This document shows, in pieces, positions 30,410-40,666 of a stretch of 64,000 nucleotides of DNA. A program made the translations under genes and the position numbers. The notes under the pieces were generated by a model that saw only the letters and a list, made by a program, of their open reading frames with translations, ran no database searches and was not told where the DNA came from. Position 1 is the stretch's first letter. Each line of letters opens with the position of its first letter. Source of the stretch: Pirellulales bacterium (GTDB lineage: Bacteria; Planctomycetota; Planctomycetia; Pirellulales; JAICIG01); assembly GCA_040901675.1 (NCBI GenBank), contig JBBDYJ010000013.1, positions 1 to 64,000 of the forward strand. The letters are read 5' to 3'.

Positions 30410-32164
30410 GTGATTCGTGGCTCCAAACAATGGTCTGCCATGTTCCTGACCGGCCTGGTCGCAGTCTCGCTGGTCCTACCGGCCGCGGCCGAAACGGCTG
30501 ATGCTGAGCGGCCGAATGTGCTGGTGATCATCACGGATGACCAGGGATATGGGGACGCGGGGTTCCATGGCAACGCGGTGATCCGGACGCCGCATCTGGA
30601 CAAGCTGGCCGCCGAGAGCGTTGAGCTGACGCGGTTCTACGTGTCGCCCGTGTGCGCGCCGACCAGGGCCAGCCTGATGACGGGGCGATACAACTACCGC
30701 ACCGGGGCGGTCGACACCTATATCGGCCGGGCCATGATGCACCCCGACGAGGTGACGCTGGCCGAGATGCTCACCGGCAAGGGCTATCGCACCGGCATCT
30801 TCGGCAAGTGGCACCTGGGCGACAACTATCCGCTGCGGCCGATGGACCAGGGCTTTCAGGAGTCGCTGGTACACAAGGGGGGCGGCATCGGCCAGCCCTC
30901 GGACCTGCCCGGCGGCAGCAGCTATTTCGATCCCGTGCTGTTGCACAACGGCAAGGTGGCTCAGGCCGAGGGCTATTGCAGCGATGTCTTCACCGACGCT
31001 GCCATGGCTTTTATCGAACACCAGCGCGACAAGCCGTTCTTCGCTTACCTGGCGTTCAACGCGCCGCACGATCCGCTGGAAGTCCCCGATGAGTACGAGC
31101 GGGTCTACCGGCAAATGCAGCTCGCGCGCGAGCAGTTTCCCGAGACCGGCCAGCCGCTGCCCGAAAAAATCAACTGGGCCGCCGTGGCCAAAGTCTATGG
31201 CATGGTGACCAACATCGACGACAATCTCGGCCGGCTGCTGGCCAAGATCGACGAGCTCGACCTGAGCCGGCGGACGATCGTGGTTTTTCTGACCGACAAC
31301 GGACCGGCCCAGGCCCGCTTCAATGGGGGGCTGCGCGGGACGAAGGGCACCGTGTACGAGGGAGGCGTTCGTGTCCCGTGCCTGGTCCGCTGGCCAGGCA
31401 GGCTGGAGGCGGGACGGAAAGTCGACGAGCCCGCCGCCCATATCGATCTCGTTCCCACCCTGCTCGAGGCGTGCGGCCTCGGCGCGCCTGAGGCTTCGCG
31501 GCTCGATGGCCGCAGCGCATGGAAGCTGCTGACCGGCGAGCAGTCCGAGTGGCCGGAGCGGACGTTGTTCTTCCAGTGGCACCGGGGCGATGAGCCGGAG
31601 CTGTTCCGCGCCTTCGCGGCCCGCGGGCCGCGTTGGAAGCTGGTGCAGGCGGCCGGTGTTCCGCCGGGCGGTTTCGCGCCGAAATTCGAGCTGTTCGATC
31701 TATTAGCCGACCCCTACGAGACGACCGACCTGGCCGCCGAAAAGCCGGAGATTGCCGAGCAGTTGCGCGGCGAGTACGAGGCGTGGTTCCGCGACGTGGG
31801 CGCCACGCGCGGATACGAGCCGCCCAGGATCCATTTGGGGTCGCGTCATGAAAACCCGACGCTGCTGACCCGCCAGGACTGGCGAGGGCCGCGGGCCGGC
31901 TGGGCCCCCGGCAGCCTGGGCCATTGGGAGGTTGAAGTCGTCGAGGCCGGCGATTACCGGGTGAAACTGGAGTTTGCGCCGGCGACTGGCGCAGCCCACC
32001 TGGCTGTCGGCGGGCAAGATCTCGAGCAACCACTTGCCGATCGAGAGTCGCAGTCCGAGTGGGATTCAGTGCGCCTGGAGCGAGGCCCGACGCGATTGGA
32101 AGCATGGATTGCCGTGGACGGCGAGACCATCGGCGTCCAGTACGTTGAGGTCGAGCGCAAATAA
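30410..32164 (+). CDS. Arylsulfatase (Cys-type formylglycine sulfatase)
   Basis: RPNVLVIITDDQG, CAPTRASLMTG, GKWHLG. Confidence 0.95.
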   Translation: MIRGSKQWSAMFLTGLVAVSLVLPAAAETADAERPNVLVIITDDQGYGDAGFHGNAVIRTPHLDKLAAESVELTRFYVSPVCAPTRASLMTGRYNYRTGAVDTYIGRAMMHPDEVTLAEMLTGKGYRTGIFGKWHLGDNYPLRPMDQGFQESLVHKGGGIGQPSDLPGGSSYFDPVLLHNGKVAQAEGYCSDVFTDAAMAFIEHQRDKPFFAYLAFNAPHDPLEVPDEYERVYRQMQLAREQFPETGQPLPEKINWAAVAKVYGMVTNIDDNLGRLLAKIDELDLSRRTIVVFLTDNGPAQARFNGGLRGTKGTVYEGGVRVPCLVRWPGRLEAGRKVDEPAAHIDLVPTLLEACGLGAPEASRLDGRSAWKLLTGEQSEWPERTLFFQWHRGDEPELFRAFAARGPRWKLVQAAGVPPGGFAPKFELFDLLADPYETTDLAAEKPEIAEQLRGEYEAWFRDVGATRGYEPPRIHLGSRHENPTLLTRQDWRGPRAGWAPGSLGHWEVEVVEAGDYRVKLEFAPATGAAHLAVGGQDLEQPLADRESQSEWDSVRLERGPTRLEAWIAVDGETIGVQYVEVERK

Positions 32165-32388
32165 AGGCAGAAGGCAGAAGGCAGAAGGAGGAAGGTAGAA
32201 CAGGAACACGGACAGACGAAGACTGAGGCATCCCGGCGCCTCCTTCCTTCAGCCTCCAGTCTGAGATCTGGGGCACGCTAACGCTTTGCCCCAGGCACCC
32301 GCCTCGACCACTGACCAATGACTGGGGCACGCTAACGCTTTACCCCCAGCCACCCGTTGTCTCTTACTCCTCCTTCCTCCTTCCACCT
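32163..32388. repeat. Heptamer run plus two direct CTGGGGCAC-family copies between convergent genes
   Basis: GAAGGCA x3 at 32163; copies at about 32268-32301 and 32320-32356. Confidence 0.85.
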
Positions 32389-33681
32389 TCATCCTTTCCC
32401 CTCGCCCCACGGCGCTCGCATCTCGCGCTGGACTAGCGCCTGCGCTTCGTCGTCGCCAACAAAGGCTTCAGCGGCGGGGTCCCACTTCAGCGGCCGCCGC
32501 AGTTGATAGCCGATGTTCGCCACGTGACAGATAGTGGCCGAACGGTGACCGATCTCGGGGGTACAGATCGTCGGCTTGCGGTCGCGGATGCACTCGATCC
32601 AGTTGCGGTGGTGATTATCGGCGCGGTATAGCCGGATTGCGTCTTCGCCCAGCGGCTCGCTGACCAGCTCGGCAGGGTCGCTTTCGAGCTTGCCGCGATC
32701 GACGTAAATCGTGCCCTTCTCGCCGATGAAGGTGCAGCCGCTCGGCCCGCCGTGGAACATCTCCACGCCATCGGCATACGTGAACCTGAGTCCCGCGTTT
32801 TTCTCCGCTGGCGGCTCGATGCCGACCGGGCCGCTTTCGTCCATGCCGAGCGCCCACTGGGCGATGTCGAAGTGATGGGCGCCCATGTCGGCCAGCCCGC
32901 CGCCGGCGAACTCGCGATAGCTGCGCCAGGCGGGAAAGTGGCTGTGGACGCCCTTCGGGCAGAGCGCCGAGTTGTAGCCGCGCCACGGCGCGGGGCCAAG
33001 CCAGCGGTCCCAATCGGTCCCCTTGGGAATCTGCTCCTCCGGAAGGTCGCAAGGCACCGCCGGAGCGCCGACGCCGATCCGAATCGTGCGGACCTTGCCG
33101 AGCCGTCCCTTGCGAATCAGCTCGCACGCATCGCGGAACTTGCCGCCAAACTCGCTCCGCTGCTGGCTGCCGGTCTGGAACACCACCTGGTTTTCGGCGG
33201 CCGCCTGGACCATGGCACGGCCCTCGGCGATTGTCAGCGACAGCGGCTTCTCGCAATACACGTCCTTGCTCGCCTTCGAGGCGGCGATGGCCGGCAGGGC
33301 GTGCCAGTGGTCGGGCGTCGCGATCACCACCGCGTCAATCTCCTCGCGGGCAAGCAGCTCCTGGAAATCGACGTAGGCCTGGCATCCCTGGAATGTGCCT
33401 TTGTCCTGTCCCTTGCCGTAGTGTTCGTCGACCATGGCGCGGGCACTATCGAGCCGCTCGGCCACCACGTCGCACACGGCCACGACCTGCACGTCGGCCT
33501 GGCCCAGAAAGCTGCGAAGGTGATAGCGGCCCATCGTCCCCACGCCGATAAAACCCAGGCCCAGCCGGTCGCTGGCGGCAAATGCGCCGCGGGCGGATCG
33601 TCTCAGAATCAGCGGCAGCGCCAGGAACGCACTCGTGGTCTGGACGAACCGGCGGCGCGACAACTTTCGGGGTGCGGACAT
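32389..33681 (-). CDS. Tat-exported Gfo/Idh/MocA oxidoreductase
   Basis: SRRRF, GFIGVGTMG, IATPDHWH, YCEKP, QTGSQQRS, DMGAHHFD. Confidence 0.93.
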   Translation of the reverse strand: MSAPRKLSRRRFVQTTSAFLALPLILRRSARGAFAASDRLGLGFIGVGTMGRYHLRSFLGQADVQVVAVCDVVAERLDSARAMVDEHYGKGQDKGTFQGCQAYVDFQELLAREEIDAVVIATPDHWHALPAIAASKASKDVYCEKPLSLTIAEGRAMVQAAAENQVVFQTGSQQRSEFGGKFRDACELIRKGRLGKVRTIRIGVGAPAVPCDLPEEQIPKGTDWDRWLGPAPWRGYNSALCPKGVHSHFPAWRSYREFAGGGLADMGAHHFDIAQWALGMDESGPVGIEPPAEKNAGLRFTYADGVEMFHGGPSGCTFIGEKGTIYVDRGKLESDPAELVSEPLGEDAIRLYRADNHHRNWIECIRDRKPTICTPEIGHRSATICHVANIGYQLRRPLKWDPAAEAFVGDDEAQALVQREMRAPWGEGKG

Positions 33682-33775
33682 GGGCGGGCTCCTTCGCTTC
33701 GGGTGGCAACAGATCAGCTTCCGGCGCGTGCAACGAGAATAGACCCTCGGGCGCCGATAGTCCAACTTCACCGCT

Positions 33776-34078
33776 TCAGCCGGGCCCGCCGACGGCCACC
33801 AGGACCATCAGATACGCGCCGACTCCAACGGCCGAAACGGTGATCCAACCGGCGATGAGCATGTTCAGCGGCGAGCCATCGGTGGAGCGGAGCTCGTCGT
33901 AGAGCACGACGGCCCCGGCCAACGACAAGAACCCCAAAAAGCACTCGGTGGCCAAAACGGCCATCAGCCAGGGCGAGCCAAAGAGGATGCCGCACTGCAC
34001 TGCGGTAGCGGTGATCGCGGCAAACAAGAGCCGCAGGCTGAACTGGTACGGGTGTGGCGAAACTGGCTCGGCCGGCAT
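33776..34078 (-). CDS. Small membrane protein (QFSLR motif)
   Basis: YQFSLRLLF followed by 3 hydrophobic segments. Confidence 0.6.
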   Translation of the reverse strand: MPAEPVSPHPYQFSLRLLFAAITATAVQCGILFGSPWLMAVLATECFLGFLSLAGAVVLYDELRSTDGSPLNMLIAGWITVSAVGVGAYLMVLVAVGGPG

Positions 34079-34347
34079 GAATCCATCATAGGGACAAGTG
34101 GCCGAAAAAGGCCATATCTGCCTGGCGATCCGGCGCTGAAAAAATCCAGCCGAAATCTCTTGAGCCGGCCAAAAGGGTCGTCCCGGCACGCAAGCTGCAC
34201 GCGCCGCCCGCCGCCCCGGCTTGAAAGGTGCTCCAGCGTTCTGTCACAATCTACCGTGACGCATGCGGACTGCAAAGTCGTGGTCCGCGCGGGCAATCTC
34301 AGCGGCCGCCAAGCGCGGCACCGGCCGCATTTTCAGGGACCAGCTCA

Positions 34348-35262
34348 GTGGACCAGTGGCGGAAGAATATCGACCGGTACACGGCGGCGCCCATGTTCTT
34401 GGCGGCCCTGCTGTTCCTGGTACTGTTGGCCGGCGCCATCCAGACGATGCGGGACGGAAGGGTGGGCCCGAGCACGGGGGTATTCGTCTGGGCCATGTTG
34501 GCGCTCTACCCATTGTTCTTGATCGAGCTGGCCGCCCATCTGCTCCTGAAAAGTCGATACTGGAAGCAGCACCTGCTGTTTTGCCTGTTTCCTCCCTCGA
34601 GGCTCGGCGGACGCGACCACCAGGCGGGCAATGCGGTGTGGCTCCCCTGGCTGGGATGGGTCCGCGTGGGCCGCGAGTCGCGCAAGCAGGTCGAGCGGGC
34701 CTTCAGCGGGCCGATGCTGGTGATGGCCTTGATGGTGCTGCCGCTGTTGGCGATCGAGTTCTACTGGGCCGAACGGTTCAGCGGACACCCGGCGTTGTTG
34801 TTGCTGCTGGAGACCGGCACCAGCCTGATCTGGCTGGCCTTCACCGTCGAGTTCATCGTGATGATCTCGATCGTCGACAAGAAGCTGCGTTATACCAAGG
34901 AACACTGGATCGACCTGGTGGTGATCTGCCTGCCGCTGCTGGCGTTCGTCCGGGCCTTGCGGCTGGCGCAACTGGCCAGGCTGCAGCAATTGGGACGCAT
35001 GACGCGCATCTACCGTCTCCGCGGCCTTTCGATGCGAGCCTACCGGGGGATCCTGGCTCTGAACGTGCTGCGTCACTTGCTGGGAGTGAACCCGACCCGC
35101 CGGCTGCAGGTGCTCAACGAGCTTTTGGCCGAGAAGGAGTACGAATTGGAGCAACTGCGGGGCGAGATCCGTACCGTCGAAGCCGAGATCGCCCGCAATG
35201 CCAGCCAACCCGTGCAAAAGGCCGAGAGTGAGTTGCCAGCTACCACGGCCGACGGGCGGTAA
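34348..35262 (+). CDS. Ion-transport (voltage-sensor-like) membrane protein lacking a pore domain
   Basis: S2 FxxE, S3 HWIDL, Arg-periodic S4 VRALRLAQLARLQQLGRMTRIYRLR, C-terminal coiled coil; no GYG filter. Confidence 0.75.
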   Translation: MDQWRKNIDRYTAAPMFLAALLFLVLLAGAIQTMRDGRVGPSTGVFVWAMLALYPLFLIELAAHLLLKSRYWKQHLLFCLFPPSRLGGRDHQAGNAVWLPWLGWVRVGRESRKQVERAFSGPMLVMALMVLPLLAIEFYWAERFSGHPALLLLLETGTSLIWLAFTVEFIVMISIVDKKLRYTKEHWIDLVVICLPLLAFVRALRLAQLARLQQLGRMTRIYRLRGLSMRAYRGILALNVLRHLLGVNPTRRLQVLNELLAEKEYELEQLRGEIRTVEAEIARNASQPVQKAESELPATTADGR

Positions 35263-35371
35263 ATAAATTCCGGCGGAATCCAGTCAACCACAGTATGATA
35301 ACGCCGTGTTGAACCCCTACTGTTACGACTACTTCGCCGAGTGGTCGCTCGATCTCAAACTGAGCTGACGC

Positions 35372-35725
35372 ATGCCGCCTGAAATCGACTGGTACTATCA
35401 CCGCCATGGCTGACAGAGCTGCGTCAAGGCGCAAGGGTTCCTTGCGGAGGCTGAGGCTCGGATCGCCGAACAGGTCGACTCTCGCAAAGTAAAGTACAAG
35501 GGCCGCGACGCCTTGAAGGCGCTGGCCGGCGTGGACCAGCTCTGGGTTGCCAAGGGGAAGCGGATGACCCACGTCGACCTCAAAAACGAAAGGCCGCCCG
35601 ACAAGCAACTGGTTGCCCTGCTCACCGGGCCGACCGGAAACCTGCGGGCGCCCGCCATCCGCCGCGGCCGGAAGCTGTTTGTGGGCTTCCATCCGGAAGC
35701 GTACCGCGAAAACCTGCTCGCGTAG
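35372..35725 (+). CDS. ArsC/Spx-like selenoprotein (UxxC), in-frame TGA at 35411-35413
   Basis: MPPEIDWYYHRHG-U-QSCVKA...GPTGNLRAP...LFVGF; same frame as track ORF 35513..35725. Confidence 0.82.
35430..35446 (+). promoter_or_regulatory. Putative bacterial SECIS hairpin
   Basis: CGCAAGG-GTT-CCTTGCG; G-first apical loop 23 nt after the TGA. Confidence 0.7.
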
Positions 35726-35758
35726 GGACTGCCGCCCGCGTCGGGTACACTGGGCGCT

Positions 35759-36988
35759 ATGCCATCTGCGCGCCGCCTTTTCGACGCACTGCGGGCCAAA
35801 GTGCTGGCTCCCAAGGTGAGCGAGCCCGAGCTGGAAGCTTGCCTCCGCCGCATCCATGAGACCCTGCCAGCGCCGGTCTTCTGGCTGCTGGGCAAGGCCC
35901 AGTCCGGCAAGACCTCGCTCATCCGGGCCCTGACGCTCAGCAGCAACACCGAGATCGGCAACGGCTTTCGCCCCTGCACCCGCACGGCGAGGTTGTATCC
36001 GTATCCGAACCAGGAAGAGCACTTTGTCCAGTTCCTGGACACGCGCGGGCTCGGCGAGGTCGACTACGACCCCTCCGAGGACATGCACGTCCTGGAGAAC
36101 CAGGCGCACCTGTTGATTGTGGTCATCAAGGCCCTCGACCACGCCCAGGCGAGCGTTTTGGCGCCGCTGAAGAAGATCCGCAAGGCCCACCCGCGTTGGC
36201 CGGTGATCGTGGTGCAGACGGCGCTGCACGAAGGGTATCCCTCGCCGACCACGCCGCACGTCGTGCCTTACCCCTATGGCGAGCCGCCGTACCCCTCTAG
36301 CGTGCCCACCGACCTGGCCCGCTCGCTTGCCGCCCAGCGCGAGACTTTTGCGGGAATGAATGCACGCTTCGTGCCGGTCGATTTCACGCTGCCCGAAGAT
36401 GGATACGAACCGCTCAACTACGGCCTCGACCAACTCTGGACCGCCATCGAAGAGGCGGTGCCGCTCGGCCTGCGTGGAATCCTGCACGACACGCGCGAAG
36501 CACGCCGGCCGCTGCGCGACGTCTATCTGCGGGCCGCACGCCCGCACGTGCTGTCGTATTCGGTCGCCGCCGGCGCCGCCGCGGCCGGTGTGCCCCTGCC
36601 CGTGATCGACGTGCCGCTGGTGCTGGCCATCCAGGCCAAGCTGTTCCACACCATCGCCTCGATCTACGGCCAGCCGATGAGCAGCCAGCGGATGGCCGAG
36701 ATCGGCAGCACGCTGGGGGTGGGCTTCCTGACCCGGCTGGCCGGCCGCAGTCTGCTGAAGCTGATCCCCGGCTTTGGCTCGGCCGTGTCGGGCCTTTACG
36801 CAGCCGCCAGCACCTACGCTTTGGGCCGGACCCTGTGCGCGTATTTCAGCTATATTCTCGAAGGCGACGTGCCGGACCCAACGGCCCTGCGGCGACTGTA
36901 CGCCCAGGAGTTCCGGGAAGGCAAAGCCCGCTTGGGCCAATACATCAGCAAGGTGGGCAAGCCGCCGCCGGAGCCCGGATCATCGTAG
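35759..36988 (+). CDS. P-loop GTPase with YcjF/DUF697-like C-terminal domain
   Basis: GKAQSGKTS, FLDTRG; AAGVPLPVIDVP...LKLIPGFG...TYALG. Confidence 0.8.
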   Translation: MPSARRLFDALRAKVLAPKVSEPELEACLRRIHETLPAPVFWLLGKAQSGKTSLIRALTLSSNTEIGNGFRPCTRTARLYPYPNQEEHFVQFLDTRGLGEVDYDPSEDMHVLENQAHLLIVVIKALDHAQASVLAPLKKIRKAHPRWPVIVVQTALHEGYPSPTTPHVVPYPYGEPPYPSSVPTDLARSLAAQRETFAGMNARFVPVDFTLPEDGYEPLNYGLDQLWTAIEEAVPLGLRGILHDTREARRPLRDVYLRAARPHVLSYSVAAGAAAAGVPLPVIDVPLVLAIQAKLFHTIASIYGQPMSSQRMAEIGSTLGVGFLTRLAGRSLLKLIPGFGSAVSGLYAAASTYALGRTLCAYFSYILEGDVPDPTALRRLYAQEFREGKARLGQYISKVGKPPPEPGSS

Positions 36989-37124
36989 GCCGGTCGCCGC
37001 CGGGATGGCACGGAAAGGCGTATTAGCTTGCCGCCCGTCATGCGCGAGTGAACAATGGAGCGTGCTGATAGAAACTGACGCCCTCACGCGAAAACTATTG
37101 ACCAGCATCGAGGAGGTCCGCCGG

Positions 37125-38825
37125 ATGTTCATTTTCGAGTTCCGTTGGGAGACGGCCGCCTTTCTGGCCACGTTCGTCGGCGTGGTGATCGGATCGACCG
37201 CGGCCCAGGCCGGTGACGCTAACGCGTTGGCGCGCGAGCTGGTCCAGCAGCACCTGGACGAGATCAGGCCGCTGGAAATCGAGGTCGGCCGCCGCTGGTG
37301 GGATGCCAACGTGACCGGCTCCGACGAGGCCTTCCGGCTCAAGCAGGAAGCCGAGACGCGCTTGGACCTGGCCCTGGCCGACAAGCAGCGTTTCGAGCGG
37401 CTGAAACAGTGCCGCGGCGAAAGTCCCGGCGATCCGATGCTGGCCCGCCAGGTCGAGCTCTTGTATCTGCAGGCCCTGCCGAAACAGGTCGATCCGGAGC
37501 TGCTCAAGCAGTTGATCAGCCGGGCCAATGCGATCGAGATGGCCTTTAACGTCTACCGGGCCAAGGTCGACGGCAAGGAGCTCTCCGACAGCGAGGTCCG
37601 CAAGGTGCTCAAGGAGTCGACCGATTCGGCCCGGCGCAAGGCCGTCTGGGAGGCCGCCAAGAAAGTGGGCTCGGTGGTCCAGCAGGATCTGGCCGCCCTG
37701 GTGCGGCTGCGCAACCGGGCCGCCCGCGAGCTGGGTTTCGACAATTACCACGCGATGCAGTTGGAGATCAACGAGCAGAAGCAGGCCGACGTGCTGAAGC
37801 TGTTCGACGAGCTGGACGAGTTGACCCGCGAACCGTTTCTGGCCGTGAAAAAGGAGATCGACGAGAAGCTGGCCGCCAACTGCAACGTCGCCGTCGAGGA
37901 CCTGCGGCCCTGGCACTACCAGGACCCGTTCTTCCAGGAATCGCCGGCCATCTACGAAACCAGCCTCGATGCGGTCTACGCCGGCGTGGACATCATGGAC
38001 CTTTGCCGGCGGTTCTATGCCGGCATCGGGCTGCCGATCGACGACGTGCTGGCCGTCAGCGACTTGTACGAGAAGCCGGGCAAGAGCCCCCATGCCTTCT
38101 GCACCGACATCGACCGCGAGGGGGACGTGCGCGTGCTGGCGAACGTGGTGCCCAACGAATACTGGATGAGCACCATGCTGCACGAGCTGGGACACGCCGT
38201 CTACTCCAGCAAGAACATTCCCGAAAGCGTTCCCTACGTGCTGCGGACCGATGCCCACATCCTCTGCACCGAGGGCGTCGCCATGATGTTCGAACGATTT
38301 TCCAAGAACGCCGACTGGCTCAAGGAGATGGGCGTCAGCGTGGACGACCCTCAAGCATTCAACGAGACCGGCCGCAAGATGCGCCGCAACCAACTGCTGA
38401 TCTTCTCCCGCTGGTGCCAGGTGATGCTGCGCTTCGAAAAGGAGCTGTACGACAATCCCGACCAGGACCTCAACAAGCTCTGGTGGGACCTGGTCGAAAA
38501 GTACCAGGGAGTCAGGCGGCCCGAGGATCGCGACGCTCCCGACTATGGCAGCAAGATCCACGTGGTCAGCGCGCCGGCCTACTACCACAACTACATGATG
38601 GGCGAGCTGTTTGCCTGCCAGTTGAACCGCAAGATCGTCCGCGACGTGCTCCAGAGCGACGACGCGCCGGACCGGGCGATCTACGTCGGCAATACCCAGG
38701 TGGGCCGCTTCATGCGCGACCGCGTCTTCGCACCGGGCCGATCCCTGCCCTGGAACGAGCTGACGCGCTTCGCCACCGGCGAGCCGCTCAAGGCCGACGC
38801 CTTCGCGGCCGATTTTGCGGACTGA
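37125..38825 (+). CDS. M2/M3-family zinc metallopeptidase (peptidyl-dipeptidase-like), secreted
   Basis: GAGGAGG SD; signal peptide; KSPHAFC, HELGH, TEGVA, KIHVVSAPAYYHNY. Confidence 0.88.
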   Translation: MFIFEFRWETAAFLATFVGVVIGSTAAQAGDANALARELVQQHLDEIRPLEIEVGRRWWDANVTGSDEAFRLKQEAETRLDLALADKQRFERLKQCRGESPGDPMLARQVELLYLQALPKQVDPELLKQLISRANAIEMAFNVYRAKVDGKELSDSEVRKVLKESTDSARRKAVWEAAKKVGSVVQQDLAALVRLRNRAARELGFDNYHAMQLEINEQKQADVLKLFDELDELTREPFLAVKKEIDEKLAANCNVAVEDLRPWHYQDPFFQESPAIYETSLDAVYAGVDIMDLCRRFYAGIGLPIDDVLAVSDLYEKPGKSPHAFCTDIDREGDVRVLANVVPNEYWMSTMLHELGHAVYSSKNIPESVPYVLRTDAHILCTEGVAMMFERFSKNADWLKEMGVSVDDPQAFNETGRKMRRNQLLIFSRWCQVMLRFEKELYDNPDQDLNKLWWDLVEKYQGVRRPEDRDAPDYGSKIHVVSAPAYYHNYMMGELFACQLNRKIVRDVLQSDDAPDRAIYVGNTQVGRFMRDRVFAPGRSLPWNELTRFATGEPLKADAFAADFAD

Positions 38826-38892
38826 ACTTCCGCCGCGCCCGCCAGCGTGGCCTCGCGGCCGGGAGGGCAGCGGTGTAACCTCCCAAGCAGGC

Positions 38893-40449
38893 ATGAAGCA
38901 CCTCAAGACGTGGTGGCTCGTCGTCTTCGGCCTGCTGGCCCTGCCCTATCTGCTGATGGTGGCCGCCGGGACGCTCTGGCTTTACGAGCACGGGTTGTTG
39001 CTGATCTGGCTGGCGGCGTGGGGCCTGCTGATGGTGGCCGGCTGGCCGCTGGTCCGCTGGCTGCGGGCCAAGAGCCTGCCACCCGCGATCGCCACGGTGC
39101 GGCCCGCGGCGCACTGGCCCCCCTCGGGCCACCAGGTCTGGCCGCGGATCGAGGCGTTGGCGCGGAAGGTGCAAGACGAGGACGTTCCGCTCGACAACAT
39201 CGAGGCCCTCTGGAACGTGGTGTGGCGCGTGCTGGACACCGTGGCCCGCCACTATCATCCGCATAGCCACCAGCCGGCGCTGGAGATACCGGTGCCCTAC
39301 GTCCTGCGTTTGATCGAATTGGTGGCCGCCGACCTGGGCCGGGCATTTTCCGACTACGTGCCGGGGGCCCACATCCTGTCGATCCACGACATGCAGCGGC
39401 TGCAGCGGCTGGCCAATCGCGGCCGGCAGCTCTATGTGCTCTACCGACTCGCCTACTGGGGAGTGAATCCGGTGTCGGCGCTGCTGGCCGAGATGCGCAA
39501 CATGGCGGCCGGCAAGCTGGAGACCGCTTCGGCCTCGGAGGTCAAGCGCTGGGTGGTGGGATATTGCGTGCGGCGGGCCGGCTATTACGCGATCGAGCTC
39601 TACAGCGGCAACCTGGTGCTTGACGAAGTGGCGTGGGACGCCTACCGCACGGAGCGTTCCGTCCGCGATACCCGCCGCGCGGCCGAATGGAGCGAGTCGC
39701 TGGCCGAAGAGCCGCTGCGGATCCTGGTGCTGGGACAGGTGAAGGCGGGCAAGTCGAGCCTGATCAACGCCCTGTTCGGCGAGACGCGGGCGGCCGTCGA
39801 CGTGGTGCCGCGGACCCGGTTTGTCGAGCCGTACGTGTTGGACCGCGAAGGGGTCGGGCGGGCGACCATCCTCGACACGTCGGGTTACGAGGAAAACGCG
39901 GCGCCCGGCGGCGAGTTTGGCCCGCTCCGCGACGAAGTTCTCCAGTGCGACCTCGTGCTTTTGGTGGTGTCGGCCCGCTCAGCCGCCCGCGAAGCCGACC
40001 GCAAGCTGCTGGATGGGCTGCGGACGTTCTTCCAGCGGCAGCCGGACCGCTTGATGCCTCCGCTGGTCGTCGTGCTGACGCATATCGACCAGGTGCGGCC
40101 TTTCAAGGAATGGGACCCGCCCTACGACCTGGTGAACCCCGCGGGACCGAAGGCCCAGCAGATTGCCGACGCGGTGAGGGCAGTGGCCGGCGACCTGCAG
40201 GTGCCGGCCGACGAAATCGTCCCGGTCGCACTGCTGCCGGGCGGAGCGTACAACGTCGATGAAGCGCTGGCAGGTGTGATCTTGCGTTCGCTGCCGGAGG
40301 CGCAGCGCGTCAAGTATCTGCGCTGCCTGCGCCAGTTCCACGCCGCCGATCATTGGCAGCGTCTCTGGCAGCAGGCCGTCAACTCGGGGCGGCTGCTCTT
40401 GAAGGCCGGCGCTTCGTGGGCCGGCCAGGCCGCCGGCCGCAAGCCGTAA
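38893..40449 (+). CDS. Membrane-anchored P-loop GTPase (MMR_HSR1/Era-like domain)
   Basis: Two N-terminal TM helices; GQVKAGKSS, LDTSG, LTHID. Confidence 0.82.
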   Translation: MKHLKTWWLVVFGLLALPYLLMVAAGTLWLYEHGLLLIWLAAWGLLMVAGWPLVRWLRAKSLPPAIATVRPAAHWPPSGHQVWPRIEALARKVQDEDVPLDNIEALWNVVWRVLDTVARHYHPHSHQPALEIPVPYVLRLIELVAADLGRAFSDYVPGAHILSIHDMQRLQRLANRGRQLYVLYRLAYWGVNPVSALLAEMRNMAAGKLETASASEVKRWVVGYCVRRAGYYAIELYSGNLVLDEVAWDAYRTERSVRDTRRAAEWSESLAEEPLRILVLGQVKAGKSSLINALFGETRAAVDVVPRTRFVEPYVLDREGVGRATILDTSGYEENAAPGGEFGPLRDEVLQCDLVLLVVSARSAAREADRKLLDGLRTFFQRQPDRLMPPLVVVLTHIDQVRPFKEWDPPYDLVNPAGPKAQQIADAVRAVAGDLQVPADEIVPVALLPGGAYNVDEALAGVILRSLPEAQRVKYLRCLRQFHAADHWQRLWQQAVNSGRLLLKAGASWAGQAAGRKP

Positions 40450-40666
40450 CCGGTAGCAGAACTGCCCAGATGCTGGCGAATCCGGCTACGGGCTACTCGC
40501 CCCCCCGCCGCGGTGGGGCCAGCCGCGACCTATACTTTCCTGAACCCCTCTCTGGAGCGGTCCAGGCCAGCCGCCCCATGTTTTCGGCCTTGTTGCGCTC
40601 GGCCGAAGCGGCAAAACTGCGGCAACGAGGCCCACGGCGGGTCGATCGACTCATGACGGGTAGCGT

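Noticed and set aside
34348..35262. Conventional potassium channel
   Set aside because: No pore helix or GYG selectivity filter before the stop codon
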